In this document: positions 8,816 through 18,379 of the stretch, piece by piece | How positions within the stretch are numbered: the first letter of the stretch is position 1 | Layout: the number at the start of each line of letters is the position of its first letter | Source of the DNA: a virus | Lineage: Duplodnaviria > Caudoviricetes | Strand: one strand, 5' to 3' | Virus record (IMG/VR): IMGVR_UViG_3300037762_000578 | Span: 1-24,009 of that record | Length of the DNA stretch: 24,009 nt | Notes under the pieces: generated by a model | Told to the model about the DNA's origin: nothing | Seen by the model: the letters and a program-made list of their open reading frames with translations, nothing else | The model's database searches: none | Position numbers and translations under genes: made by a program

Positions 8816-9487
8816 ATGCACCTGCGAGCCGCCATCCGCGGCGATCTGGAGCGGATCATGGCCGAGGAGCTGGCGATCACGGAGCGCGGGGTCACCGCCG
8901 GAATCACACAAGCCGCGGGCGGGCTGAAGGCCGAGCTTCGGCGCCAGATCACCGCGTCGGGGCTCGGCGCGCGGCTGGCGAAGAGCTGGCGCAGCAGCGT
9001 CTATCCCGCGCGGGGCACCAGTCTCGGGGCGGCCGGGGTGGTCTGGTCGAAGGCGCCGCATATCGTGCGGGCCTTCGACGAGGGGGCGCTGATCCGGAGC
9101 CGCTCCGGGCTCTGGCTGGCGATCCCGACCGAGGCGGCGCCGAAGAAGGGTCTGGGCGGCAAGCGGATCAGCCCCGCCAGTTTCCCCGAGCACCGCTATG
9201 GGCGGCTGCGCTTCGTCTGGCGCAGGGGCGGGCCGTCGCTGCTCGTCGTCGACGACGTGCGCGTCGGCGCCTCGGGCCGGGTCGGCGCCCGGGCGAAGAC
9301 CGCGCGGCGCGCCTCCGGGGACTACCGGCGCGGCATCGCCACGGTAGTGATGTTCCTGCTGGTGCCCCAGGTGCGGTTGCGCAAGCGCCTCGACATCGCA
9401 GGCGCGGCGGCGCACTGGGAGCGCCGCCTGGCCGCCCTGATCACCGGCGAGATGGTCCGGCTCGAGAGGGCCGGAGAGCGGCAATGA
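8816..9487 (+). CDS. Neck/tail completion-type protein (DUF6441-like)
   Basis: Basic protein with FDEGALIRSRSGLWLAIPT and MFLLVPQVRLRKRLD; GAGGAGG RBS; synteny. Confidence 0.7.
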   Translation: MHLRAAIRGDLERIMAEELAITERGVTAGITQAAGGLKAELRRQITASGLGARLAKSWRSSVYPARGTSLGAAGVVWSKAPHIVRAFDEGALIRSRSGLWLAIPTEAAPKKGLGGKRISPASFPEHRYGRLRFVWRRGGPSLLVVDDVRVGASGRVGARAKTARRASGDYRRGIATVVMFLLVPQVRLRKRLDIAGAAAHWERRLAALITGEMVRLERAGERQ

Positions 9488-9945
9488 CCACAAGGCGGGA
9501 GACCGCGATCGCGGCGGTGTTCGCGCGGGCGACGACCCTGGCAGGTCCGAGCGTCACCCGAAGCGAGGTGCTGCCCGAGCACTGCCCGGCGGGCGGGCTG
9601 GTGAACCTGCGCGAGGGCGAGCCCGAGCTCATCGACGAGACGCTCGGCGTGGTGACGCTGCATTTCTCGGAGGAGCTGCAGTTCGAGCTGATCGTCGCGG
9701 GCGCGGATGGCCCGGCGCGGGCGGCGGCGCTCGATGCGCTGGCCACGGCGCTGGCGGCGGCGCTCGACCTCGACCCGGACGCGGGCGGCGATCCGACGAT
9801 GGGTGGCGCCCTCGACCATGTCCGGCTCAAGCCGCTGCGCTCGGTCGACGATCTGCCGGTCGCCGGCGCCGAGGCCCTGAAGGCGGCGATCCTGCCGCTC
9901 GAGATCGATTACGTGACCGGAGCGAACCCGATGGAGGATATCTGA
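9484..9945 (+). CDS. Putative tail terminator protein
   Basis: ATGA overlap; 153 aa immediately upstream of the tail tube gene. Confidence 0.65.
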   Translation: MTTRRETAIAAVFARATTLAGPSVTRSEVLPEHCPAGGLVNLREGEPELIDETLGVVTLHFSEELQFELIVAGADGPARAAALDALATALAAALDLDPDAGGDPTMGGALDHVRLKPLRSVDDLPVAGAEALKAAILPLEIDYVTGANPMEDI

Positions 9946-9946
9946 C

Positions 9947-10918
9947 ATGGCAACTGCCTATGGCCGCGACGCCGTCCTGATGATGCGGCGCCAGGCGGAT
10001 TTCGACACGCCCGAGGGCGCGGCGCCGCCGGGATACGTCAGGCTGCCCTACTACGAATCGACCCTCGGCGCCCGGCGCGAGCAGGGGACCGATCCCGCAC
10101 TGCCGGACGGAAGGCTGCCCTCGGTGATCGACCGCGGCCTGCGCACGGCGGATGGCAACCTCGTGGTGCCGCTGCACCTCGCCTCGATCGGCTGGCATCT
10201 CCATGGCCTCCTCGGTGCGCCGGTCACTACCGGCACCGACCCCTACACCCATACCTTCGACGCCGAGGACGCGGACGCGCCGCTGTTCCACAGCTTCGGC
10301 ATCAGTCACGCCAGGATCGGGGTGCATTTCGGCTATTATGGCTTCGCCTACAACACGCTGCAGGTTTCGGCCGCGAAGCAAAGCCCGCGCCAGCGCATGA
10401 CCTTCGGCCTCTTGGGGAAGGCGGAGGTGAAGCTCGGGGCGACGCTGGATGCGGCGCCGGTCGTGGAAAGCTCCGACCCGGTGGCGCAGAGCTGGGTCGG
10501 CGAGGTCCTGAAGGACGGCGCGCCCATCGGGGCGGTGACGAGCATGGAGTTCAGCTACGCAAACGGTCACGAGCCCGACCAGGAGACAATTACCGGCGAC
10601 GCGAACCCCGCCGGCATCGACGAGGGACGGATCGCGCTCTCGGGGTCGCTGACCACCCGCTTCGTCGATGCGACCTGGTACGACCTGGCCAAGGCCGGCA
10701 CCCTCTTCGATCTCGCCATGCGCTGGACGGTCGGCGCGGACTCCCTGGTCCTGACCGCCCACAACGTCCAGCTTGCCGAGGACCGGGTGCCGGTGCAGGG
10801 CGGCGGCGGGCCGATCACCACCTCCTGGTCGTTCCAGGCCGACAGGCCCGACCCGGGCACGCCCCCCTTCCGGGTAGTGCTGGTGAACGGGCGCGCCGAC
10901 TACGCGATGCCGGTCTGA
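9947..10918 (+). CDS. Phage tail tube (major tail) protein
   Basis: 323 aa beta-rich protein (YTHTF, SGSLTTRF); GGAGG RBS; precedes chaperone and tape measure genes. Confidence 0.82.
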   Translation: MATAYGRDAVLMMRRQADFDTPEGAAPPGYVRLPYYESTLGARREQGTDPALPDGRLPSVIDRGLRTADGNLVVPLHLASIGWHLHGLLGAPVTTGTDPYTHTFDAEDADAPLFHSFGISHARIGVHFGYYGFAYNTLQVSAAKQSPRQRMTFGLLGKAEVKLGATLDAAPVVESSDPVAQSWVGEVLKDGAPIGAVTSMEFSYANGHEPDQETITGDANPAGIDEGRIALSGSLTTRFVDATWYDLAKAGTLFDLAMRWTVGADSLVLTAHNVQLAEDRVPVQGGGGPITTSWSFQADRPDPGTPPFRVVLVNGRADYAMPV

Positions 10919-10920
10919 TC

Positions 10921-11484
10921 ATGGTCGTCTCGCTGAAGAAGGCGCTGACCGAGGAGCGCGCGCTCGACCTCGGCCGCGGTGTCACGGTGCGCATCAAACC
11001 GGTCGGCTTCGCCCGGTTCGCGCGGCTCAATGCCGAGGCGCTCCTGCGCGCCCAGGCCGAGCTGGCGGCGGCGGGCGAGGCCGAGCCCGCCTCCGGGGCG
11101 GTTGCCGTCCTGAGCCAGAAGCACCTGGATGCGGCGCTGATCGTCGAGTCGATCACCGGCTGGGACGGCATCATAGGCGAGGATGGCCTGCCGGCCCCGG
11201 TCACCACCGAGGCCTGGGCGCTGTTCGCGGATCTCTGCCCCGATCTCGCCTCGATCGTGGTCGCCGAGATCCGCCACCCCGGGATCCTGGCGGCCTATGA
11301 GGGAAACGCCTGCGCGCCCTCGCCGAATGGCGCGCCGGCGGGGGCGCGGAACATTGCCGCGGCTGCGCCGAGTTTGCCGGCGACGCCCGCTTCACCTGCG
11401 CCCGCTACGGCGGCGACGGCATCTGCCCCGAGGACGCGCACCGCCCGGTCACCGGGGAAGGGCGCGACTTCGCCGAAGCCGTGA
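10921..11484 (+). CDS. Tail assembly chaperone (gpG-like)
   Basis: Lies between tube and tape measure genes. ITGWDGI motif; slippery heptamer at codons E-G-N followed by a low-complexity tail. Confidence 0.75.
   Translation: MVVSLKKALTEERALDLGRGVTVRIKPVGFARFARLNAEALLRAQAELAAAGEAEPASGAVAVLSQKHLDAALIVESITGWDGIIGEDGLPAPVTTEAWALFADLCPDLASIVVAEIRHPGILAAYEGNACAPSPNGAPAGARNIAAAAPSLPATPASPAPATAATASAPRTRTARSPGKGATSPKP
11301..11307 (+). promoter_or_regulatory. -1 programmed ribosomal frameshift site G GGA AAC
   Basis: X XXY YYZ heptamer in the correct phase (GAG GGA AAC); the -1 frame stays open to 11669. Confidence 0.8.
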
Positions 11485-11669
11485 GGCTGGCAGAGGGCCA
11501 GCTGCGCTTCGCCGGCATGGGCGGTGTCGCGGGCATGGACCTGCCGGCGGTGATCGAGGTGGTCGCCGCCGCCGGGGTCGACCGGGCCTGCGCCTGGGTG
11601 CTGGCGCCCTGGTACGAGCAGGGCATGGTCACCGGGTTCAACACCCGGTCCAGCCAGGGAGGGCGATGA
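11301..11669 (+). CDS. gpT-like extension of the tail chaperone (-1 frame; gpGT = 10921-11669)
   Basis: The -1 frame reads KRLRALAEWRAGGGAEHCRGC...CPEDAHRPVT...GQLRFAGMGGVAGMDL and stops 1 nt before the tape measure ATG. Confidence 0.75.
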   Translation, partial: GKRLRALAEWRAGGGAEHCRGCAEFAGDARFTCARYGGDGICPEDAHRPVTGEGRDFAEAVRLAEGQLRFAGMGGVAGMDLPAVIEVVAAAGVDRACAWVLAPWYEQGMVTGFNTRSSQGGR

Positions 11670-11670
11670 C

Positions 11671-13815
11671 ATGGCCACGAGACCCGTCGTCATCCGACTG
11701 TCGACCGAGAACGCGGAGAAGGTCAAGGCCGCGCTCGCGGGCCTCGGCGCGGACGGCCAGCGCGCTCTCGCCCGGATCGAGACCGCCGGCAAGCCCGCCA
11801 GCCGCGGCCTGCAGGCGGTCAACGCGGCGGCGCTCGAGGCCGACAAGGGACTGGGGCGGGTCGCGTCGCGGGCCGGTGCGCTGGCGAACATCAGCCGCGC
11901 CATCGGGCCGCTGGGCGTGGCGTTCGGCGTCGCCGCCGGGGCCGCGACGGCGCTGGCGTTTGCCGCGCGCCGGGCGACGGGCGAGATCGCGGCGATCGGG
12001 GATGCCGCCGACCGCGCCGGGGTGAGCGCCGAGACTTTCGACCAGTTGCGCGCGGCCCTCTTCCAGGTCGGCCAGGGCGACAAGGCCGAGAGCCTGGAGA
12101 CCGCGATCGCCGCCCTGAACAAGCGCATCGGCGAGGCGAGGAGCGGCGTCGGCGAGGCGGTGCGGCTGTTCGGGGCGCTGAACATCCAGCTGGAGGATGC
12201 CGAAGGAGCCCGCAGCTTCGAGGATGTTCTGGGCGACATCGCCGACCGGTTCCAGGACATGGACGCGGCGCAGCGCCTGGCGCTGGGCCAGAAGCTGGGC
12301 GAGGAGGCGTTCCGCAGCCTGGTTCCGGTCCTGGAGCAGGGATCCGAGGGTCTGCGCGAGATGGCCGAGGCGGCCCGCGCGCTGGGCCTCGTGTACGATG
12401 ACGGGCTGATCCGGAAGACCCAGGATCTGAACAGGGAATTCGAGCTGCAGTCCGAGGTCATCCGGGTGCAGCTGACGAGCGCCCTGGTGGAGCTGTCGCC
12501 GGTCCTGGTGGATATCGCAACCGGATTGGCGTTCATCGCGACCGAGGCGGCGAACGGCTATGAAGGCCTGCGCCTGCTGCTGGGCCTTGCCTCGCGCAAC
12601 CCGGTGATCCGGATCGGCCAGATCGGCGACGAGCTGACCGAGGCCCGCGCCAGGCTGGCGGAGCTGGACCGGGATTTCGTGGCCTTCGCCGAGAAGGGCC
12701 TCACGCCGGCGGCGAGCCGGCTCGGCTTCGACAGCCCGGACGCGCCGATCAACGCCGGCACCGAGGGTGGCGGCACCTCCGCCGGCCCGGATCCGGATGC
12801 CTTCAACGCCAGGCTGGCGGAGACCGCCGCCCAGCGCGAGCAGCTGGTGCTGCGCATCGAGCAGTTGAACGAGGAACTGGTCGCGCTGCAGGGCGACGAC
12901 GTGATTCTCCCACCGGGGCGCACGGCGCCGAGCATCGAACTCGGGACCGGCACCGGCGGCGGCGCGCAGGCGAGCGCGTTCCAGAAAGCGATTGAGCAGG
13001 TCAAGGCGCAGATCGAGCAGCAGCGCCTGGCGCGCGCGGCGATCGGGCTGACCGCCGGCGAGACGGCGCGGCTCAGGGCCGAGACCGCGCTGATGGCCGC
13101 GGCACAGGCGCAGTTCGGAATGGTCACCGAGCAGACCCGGATCGACATCCACGTGCTGGCCGAGCAGCTGGCGCACCAGACCCAGACCACCCATGACGCG
13201 GCCGAGGCGGAGAAGCGCTGGGAGGAGGCGACCAAGGCCCGCGCCGAAGCCCAGGCCGAGGCGGCGCGCGTCACCACCCAGGCGATCGAGAGCATCGGCG
13301 AGGTGATGGCGCAGGTCCTGACCGGGACCACCGACGCCTGGCGCCAGCTGCTGGCGGTGGCCCTGCAGGCGGTGGCCGGGTCCGGCCCTCTCGGCGGGCT
13401 CGTCAACCAGCTCCTGAATGTGACCGGCGGTGGCCTGATCGCGGCGATCGGCGGGATCAACTCGGTATTCGCGCCCACGACCAGCCCGATCCCGGTGCCG
13501 CGCCCGGGCGGGGCCTTCGGCGCCGATTTCCGCATCGGCGGCGCCGGCGGGGTCGATTCGCGCCTCCTGATGATGCCGGTCTCGCCCGGCGAGCGGGTGC
13601 GGGTCGATTCGCAGCCCTCGCGCCGGGAGGCGGGCTCAGCGACTTCGGTGGTGATCCACCAGAGCTGGGAGATCAGCGGCTCCGACGAGGCGGCGGTCGA
13701 GGCCGCGCTGGCGCGCCACCGCGGCACCTTCGCGCGCGACGCCGAGGCCGCCGCGATCCGGGCGATCCTGCGCGCCAAGCAGGGCGCGAAGGGCACGCTC
13801 GGGCGCATGCTCTGA
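11671..13815 (+). CDS. Tail tape measure protein
   Basis: 714 aa, Ala-rich and helical; N-terminal VVIRLSTEN; C-terminal GAGGVDS...SPGERVRV; synteny. Confidence 0.88.
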   Translation: MATRPVVIRLSTENAEKVKAALAGLGADGQRALARIETAGKPASRGLQAVNAAALEADKGLGRVASRAGALANISRAIGPLGVAFGVAAGAATALAFAARRATGEIAAIGDAADRAGVSAETFDQLRAALFQVGQGDKAESLETAIAALNKRIGEARSGVGEAVRLFGALNIQLEDAEGARSFEDVLGDIADRFQDMDAAQRLALGQKLGEEAFRSLVPVLEQGSEGLREMAEAARALGLVYDDGLIRKTQDLNREFELQSEVIRVQLTSALVELSPVLVDIATGLAFIATEAANGYEGLRLLLGLASRNPVIRIGQIGDELTEARARLAELDRDFVAFAEKGLTPAASRLGFDSPDAPINAGTEGGGTSAGPDPDAFNARLAETAAQREQLVLRIEQLNEELVALQGDDVILPPGRTAPSIELGTGTGGGAQASAFQKAIEQVKAQIEQQRLARAAIGLTAGETARLRAETALMAAAQAQFGMVTEQTRIDIHVLAEQLAHQTQTTHDAAEAEKRWEEATKARAEAQAEAARVTTQAIESIGEVMAQVLTGTTDAWRQLLAVALQAVAGSGPLGGLVNQLLNVTGGGLIAAIGGINSVFAPTTSPIPVPRPGGAFGADFRIGGAGGVDSRLLMMPVSPGERVRVDSQPSRREAGSATSVVIHQSWEISGSDEAAVEAALARHRGTFARDAEAAAIRAILRAKQGAKGTLGRML

Positions 13816-13831
13816 GAGGAGACAAGAGACC

Positions 13832-14422
13832 ATGCCGCTGGAGCCTCCGGCCGCGCTGGCCGCGGCGCAGATCACGTTTCGCCTCTCGGACACCCAGTCC
13901 GAGAGCCGGAGCCCGTTCACCCGCACCAGCGAGCGCTTCGACTGGGGCCGCCAGATCTGGCTGGCCGAGGTGCGTTTTTCGCGCCGCCAGGCCGCCGCGG
14001 CGGCGGCGCTGCGCGGCTTCCTCGCGCGGCTCGGCGGCACCCGCGAGACCTTCTGGCTCGGCGATCCGGCGGCCGCCGCGCCGCAGGGGACGCAAGCCGC
14101 GGATTTCATGCTGGCGAGCGGGGCGGCGCCGGGCGATGTCACGCTCGCCGTCACCATGGGCGCGGGCGCGACGCTCAAGGCCGGCGACTATCTGCAACTC
14201 GGCGAGCGGCTGCACCTGATGACCGGGGACGCCACCGCCGACGGCTCCGGCGCGGCGACGCTCCCGATCTGGCCGGCGGTGCGCGACACGCAATCGCCGG
14301 GCGCCATCGTCAGGTCGACGAACGCGCGCGGCGCCTGGCGGTTGGCCGATCCCGACCGGTCCTACGCCGTCGCCCCCGCCGGCTTCTACACCGTCGCGCT
14401 CAATCTGGTGGAGGCGATATGA
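13832..14422 (+). CDS. Putative distal tail protein
   Basis: First gene after the tape measure; SRSPFT, LKAGDYLQLG and LPIWPAVR motifs. Confidence 0.65.
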   Translation: MPLEPPAALAAAQITFRLSDTQSESRSPFTRTSERFDWGRQIWLAEVRFSRRQAAAAAALRGFLARLGGTRETFWLGDPAAAAPQGTQAADFMLASGAAPGDVTLAVTMGAGATLKAGDYLQLGERLHLMTGDATADGSGAATLPIWPAVRDTQSPGAIVRSTNARGAWRLADPDRSYAVAPAGFYTVALNLVEAI

Positions 14423-14973
14423 CCCGGGCGCTGACGGCCGCCGTCGAGGCCGAGATCGCACTCGGCTATCACAAGCCGTTCCGGCTGTTCTTCGGCGACT
14501 TCCCGACGCCGTGGCGGACCTGGACCGGCTACGGGACGCTCGACTGGGGCGGCCACGAGTGGGTGGGGATCGGCGACGCGCTGAAGATGAGCGCCAGCGA
14601 GGAGACCGTCGATACCGGCGGCGAGGGGCTGGAGCTGGTCCTCTCGGGGGTCGATCCGGCCAAATTGTCGCTGGTGCTGTCCCAGGACATCTCGGGGCGC
14701 GACGTGGAGATCTGGTTCGGCTTCCTGGACGCCTCCAACGCCATCATCCCCGACCCCTGGCTGGAATATGCCGGCCTCGCGGATCTGCTGTCGCATACCG
14801 AGGACGGGCGCGAGGCGGTCCTCAGCCTGAAGCTGGAGACCCCCTGGTCCGACACCGACGCGACGAACTTCCGCTACACCGACGCGAGCCAGAAGGGCCT
14901 CTTTCCCGGCGACGAGTTCTTCGGCTTCGCCGCCCGGCACTCGATCCAGCCCTCGACCTGGATCGTCAAGTGA
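14419..14973 (+). CDS. Minor tail / tail tip hub protein
   Basis: WTGYGTLDWGGHEWVGIG and YTDASQKGLFPGDEFF; ATGA overlap. Confidence 0.65.
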   Translation: MTRALTAAVEAEIALGYHKPFRLFFGDFPTPWRTWTGYGTLDWGGHEWVGIGDALKMSASEETVDTGGEGLELVLSGVDPAKLSLVLSQDISGRDVEIWFGFLDASNAIIPDPWLEYAGLADLLSHTEDGREAVLSLKLETPWSDTDATNFRYTDASQKGLFPGDEFFGFAARHSIQPSTWIVK

Positions 14974-15443
14974 GCGCCCGGCGCGCGCCGCTGGCGCGAC
15001 GCGAGGACTGGCCGCGGCGCCTCGATGCCGCGATCCGGGCCGCCCGGCTCAGGGCGTTCCGCTGGGGCGAGCACGATTGCTGCCTGTTCGCCGCCGACGT
15101 GGTGGACGCGATCTGCGGCGCCGATCCCACGGACGCGATCGCGGCGCGGTTCCGCGGGCGCTACAAGACCGCGCGCGGCGCGCGGGGGCTGCTCGCGCGC
15201 CTCGGCGGCATCGACGGCCTGATGACGAAGGTGGCCCTCGGCCCCGAGGTCGCGCCCCTGATGGCGCGGCGCGGCGACGTGGTGGCGCTTGCCCCTTCGG
15301 ACGGGGACGACAGCGCCGGGGTGATGCTGGGCATCTGCATCGGCGAACACGTCGCCGGCGCCGCGCCCGCGGGGTTCTGCCTGGTGCCGCTAAGGGCAGG
15401 CCTGCGCGCCTGGCGGGTGGGCGGTGCGGAGGTCCGGCCATGA
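14970..15443 (+). CDS. NlpC/P60-like tail assembly protein (gpK-like, DUF6950-like)
   Basis: GTGA overlap; DWPRRL, FRWGEHDCCLFAAD and ARRGDVV motifs. Confidence 0.78.
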   Translation: MSARRAPLARREDWPRRLDAAIRAARLRAFRWGEHDCCLFAADVVDAICGADPTDAIAARFRGRYKTARGARGLLARLGGIDGLMTKVALGPEVAPLMARRGDVVALAPSDGDDSAGVMLGICIGEHVAGAAPAGFCLVPLRAGLRAWRVGGAEVRP

Positions 15444-18379
15444 GATATCGCCGCTTCGCGCTGATGGCCGGCACCGCGCTGGCGGGCGTCCTGGCCAGCG
15501 TTCCGGCGCTCGCCGACCCGGTCACCATCGGGATCGCCGCCTTCGGCGCCTATGCGGCGGCGGCGGGCACCGCGGTCGCCACCGGGGTCGCCATCAGCGC
15601 CGCGCTCATCTCCACCTCGGCGATCGTCGCCGGCGTCATCGGCGGCGTGATGGCGGCGGCGAGCCAGCTGCTGGTCCCGCAGCCCTCGCTGGGCGGCTCG
15701 GCGCTGAACCAGCAGGTCTCGAGCCAGCAGGCGGGCGAGCCGCGCCGGATCATCTACGGGCGCACCCGGGTCGGGCCCTGGCTGCCCTATCACGCGGTCA
15801 CCGACGAGAACGGCAAGGACCGCAACCTGCACCTGGTGCACGTGCTGGCCGCACACGAATGCGACGGCCTCGAGGAGATCTGGTTCGACGACGAGCAGGT
15901 CTGGAACCCGGTCGAGGGCTGGGGCAGCTTCAACGACGAGGCCTTCAACGGGCGCGCGGATTTCACCTTCCATCCCGGCACCGAGGATCAGGAAGCGGAT
16001 GCGGACCTGGTGGCGAAGACCGAGGACTGGACCGCGGCGCATCGCGGCCGCGGCATCGCCTGGGTGTACCTGCACCTGGTCGGTGCGTCGGATCTGTTCC
16101 CGCGCGGCGTGCCATCGGTCACCTATGTGGTGCGGGGCGCCAGGGTCTTCGACCCGAGGACCGGCCTGACCGCCTGGTCCGACAACCCGGCGCTGGTGAT
16201 CAACGACTGGGTGCTGAGCTCGCGTTACGGCTATCGCGAGAGGGCGAAGTTCTGGGACGAGGCCTCGGTGATCGCGGCCGCCAACATCTGCGACGAGCCG
16301 GTGGCGCTGGCCGAGGGCGGCACCGAGAAGCGCTACACCTTCGGGGGCGCGTTCACCGCCGACGTCGACAAGGAGGACGCACTCCGCGGCATGCTGACGA
16401 CCTGCGCCGGCATGGTGCCGCGCGAGGGGCCGCGCCGCCGCCTTCTGGCCGGCGCCTACCGCACGCCAGTGGTGGAGCTGACGGACGAGGACCTGGCGGG
16501 CAAGGTCGACATCACCGCCGGCAAGCCGCGCCGGCAGACCTTCACCGCGGTGCGCGGCCGGTTCCAGAGCCCGCAAGCCAACTACATCCTCGACGACTAT
16601 CCGGAGGTGGTCTCGGAGGCGCACGACCCGGCCACCGGCGACCCGAAATACCACTCGCTCGATCTGCCGTTCACGCCCTCGCCGGCGACCGCGCAGCGGC
16701 TCGCCAAGCTGACGCTGCTCGCCCAGGCGGAGCGGATCACCGCCTCGGCGTCCTGGAAGCTGAAGGCGCTGCGGCTCCGGGCCGGGGACACCTTCCTGTG
16801 GACCTCGGAGCGCTACGGCTGGGTGCAGAAGGTGTTCGAGGTCACCGACCGGGCGCTGGTGGTCGAGGGCGATCCGCCGCGGATGTCGGTCTCGCTCACC
16901 TGCCGCGAGACCGGGCCGCAGGTCCACGACTGGACGATCAGCGACCAGACGCCCTATCTCGCCGGAACCCCGACCCAGCTGGGGAACCCGTTCACCGCAG
17001 ATCCGCCGGGCCTCGCCATCGCCGACGCGCTGCGGGTGATCGCCCAGCAGGTCGTCACGGTTCTGCTGGTGACGCCGGCCACATCGTCGAACAACGCATC
17101 CGGCTTCGAGGTGCAGGCCCGCAGGCAGGGCGACACGACGCCGATCAACATGGGACGGGGGCAGTCCGGGGTGTTCGAGCTGCCCTTCGTGGGCGACGGC
17201 GAGGCCTACGAGGTGCGCGCGAGGGTGATCACCATCGCCGGCGGGGCTTCGCCCTGGACGGCGTGGACCCCCTACACGGTGATCGGCAAGGCGGCGCCGC
17301 CCAGCGACGTCACCGGGTTCCGGATGGAGGCGATTGGCGCCGTCGCGCATCTGAGCTGGGACCCGGTGCCGGATCCCGATCTCTCGCATTACCGGGTCCG
17401 GCATTCCACCCTGACCGCCGGGGCGGGCTTCGAGGCGGCGCTGGATGTGGCCGCCAGGGTCGCGCGCCCGGCGACGTCCGTGTCGGTGCCGCTCCAGCCC
17501 GGCACCTATCTGATCGTCGCCTACGACAAGAGCGGCAACCGGTCCGCCAGTGCGAATGCGATCGTGACCACGGTTTCGGCGGTCGCGGGGCTGAACGCGG
17601 TCGAGACCGTCAGCGAGGCGGCGCCCTTCCCGGGCACCCATGACCGGACCATCGAGCTCGGCGGCGCGCTCCTCCTCGACCGGATGCCCCAGGCCCCGTT
17701 CATGGACGGGATCGCTGACATCGGCGCGGTGACGGACTGGAGCGCGATCGGCGCGGGCGACACCTGGCCGGACGGGCGCTACCGGCTTGCCGGCACCGTC
17801 GATCTCGGCGCCGTCTACACCAGCCGGCTGAGCGCCGCGGTGACGATGGCGCGCTTCGAGAAGGGGGTCGGGGTCGACGGCGTCCGGGACGTCTCGGCGC
17901 TCGAGGACTGGAGCCAGGTCGGCGCCAGCCTGACCCGGCGCGACGACGTCAACGCCTGGCTCGAGCTGCGCTCGACCCCGGACGATCCGGGCGGGGCCCC
18001 GGCCTGGTCCGCCTGGATGGCGCTGCGCGCCGGGGACTACCGGGCGCGGGCCTACCAGTTCCGCCTGGTGCTGACCACCGACAATCCGGAGGCGAGCCCC
18101 AGCGTGACCGGGGTGACGATCCATGTCGACATGCCGGACCGGATCGCCGCCGGGCAGGACATCTCGTCGGGCGCGGGCCCGAAGGCGATCGGGTTCATCC
18201 CGGCCTTCCGGGCGCTGACCTCGGTCGGCGTGACCGCCCAGGACATGGGCTCCGGCGACTACTGGGAGATCACGGGGAAGTCGGCCTCGGGCTTCACCAT
18301 CACGTTCCGGAATGCCGCCGGCACACCGGTCGACCGGATCTTCGACTACCAGGCCCTCGGATATGGAGAGGCGGCATGA
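15440..18379 (+). CDS. Tail tip / host-specificity protein (gpJ-like) with FN3-like domains
   Basis: ATGA overlap with GGAGG RBS. PRRIIYGRTRVG, WSDNPALVINDW, FN3-like PPSDVTGF...LSWDPV...YLIVAYDKSGNRS; about 979 aa. Confidence 0.88.
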   Translation: MRYRRFALMAGTALAGVLASVPALADPVTIGIAAFGAYAAAAGTAVATGVAISAALISTSAIVAGVIGGVMAAASQLLVPQPSLGGSALNQQVSSQQAGEPRRIIYGRTRVGPWLPYHAVTDENGKDRNLHLVHVLAAHECDGLEEIWFDDEQVWNPVEGWGSFNDEAFNGRADFTFHPGTEDQEADADLVAKTEDWTAAHRGRGIAWVYLHLVGASDLFPRGVPSVTYVVRGARVFDPRTGLTAWSDNPALVINDWVLSSRYGYRERAKFWDEASVIAAANICDEPVALAEGGTEKRYTFGGAFTADVDKEDALRGMLTTCAGMVPREGPRRRLLAGAYRTPVVELTDEDLAGKVDITAGKPRRQTFTAVRGRFQSPQANYILDDYPEVVSEAHDPATGDPKYHSLDLPFTPSPATAQRLAKLTLLAQAERITASASWKLKALRLRAGDTFLWTSERYGWVQKVFEVTDRALVVEGDPPRMSVSLTCRETGPQVHDWTISDQTPYLAGTPTQLGNPFTADPPGLAIADALRVIAQQVVTVLLVTPATSSNNASGFEVQARRQGDTTPINMGRGQSGVFELPFVGDGEAYEVRARVITIAGGASPWTAWTPYTVIGKAAPPSDVTGFRMEAIGAVAHLSWDPVPDPDLSHYRVRHSTLTAGAGFEAALDVAARVARPATSVSVPLQPGTYLIVAYDKSGNRSASANAIVTTVSAVAGLNAVETVSEAAPFPGTHDRTIELGGALLLDRMPQAPFMDGIADIGAVTDWSAIGAGDTWPDGRYRLAGTVDLGAVYTSRLSAAVTMARFEKGVGVDGVRDVSALEDWSQVGASLTRRDDVNAWLELRSTPDDPGGAPAWSAWMALRAGDYRARAYQFRLVLTTDNPEASPSVTGVTIHVDMPDRIAAGQDISSGAGPKAIGFIPAFRALTSVGVTAQDMGSGDYWEITGKSASGFTITFRNAAGTPVDRIFDYQALGYGEAA

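Noticed and set aside
5861-9493. 1210-aa minus-strand ORF, and other long antisense ORFs (1866-3566, 11638-13194, 15161-18124, 19472-21127)
   Set aside because: Shadow ORFs opposite well-supported phage genes in high-GC DNA; no recognisable motifs.
15077-15439. Upstream extension of the tail tip ORF to 1100 aa
   Set aside because: It overlaps the NlpC/P60-like gene and is Arg-rich junk. ATG 15440 has an RBS and a stop/start overlap.
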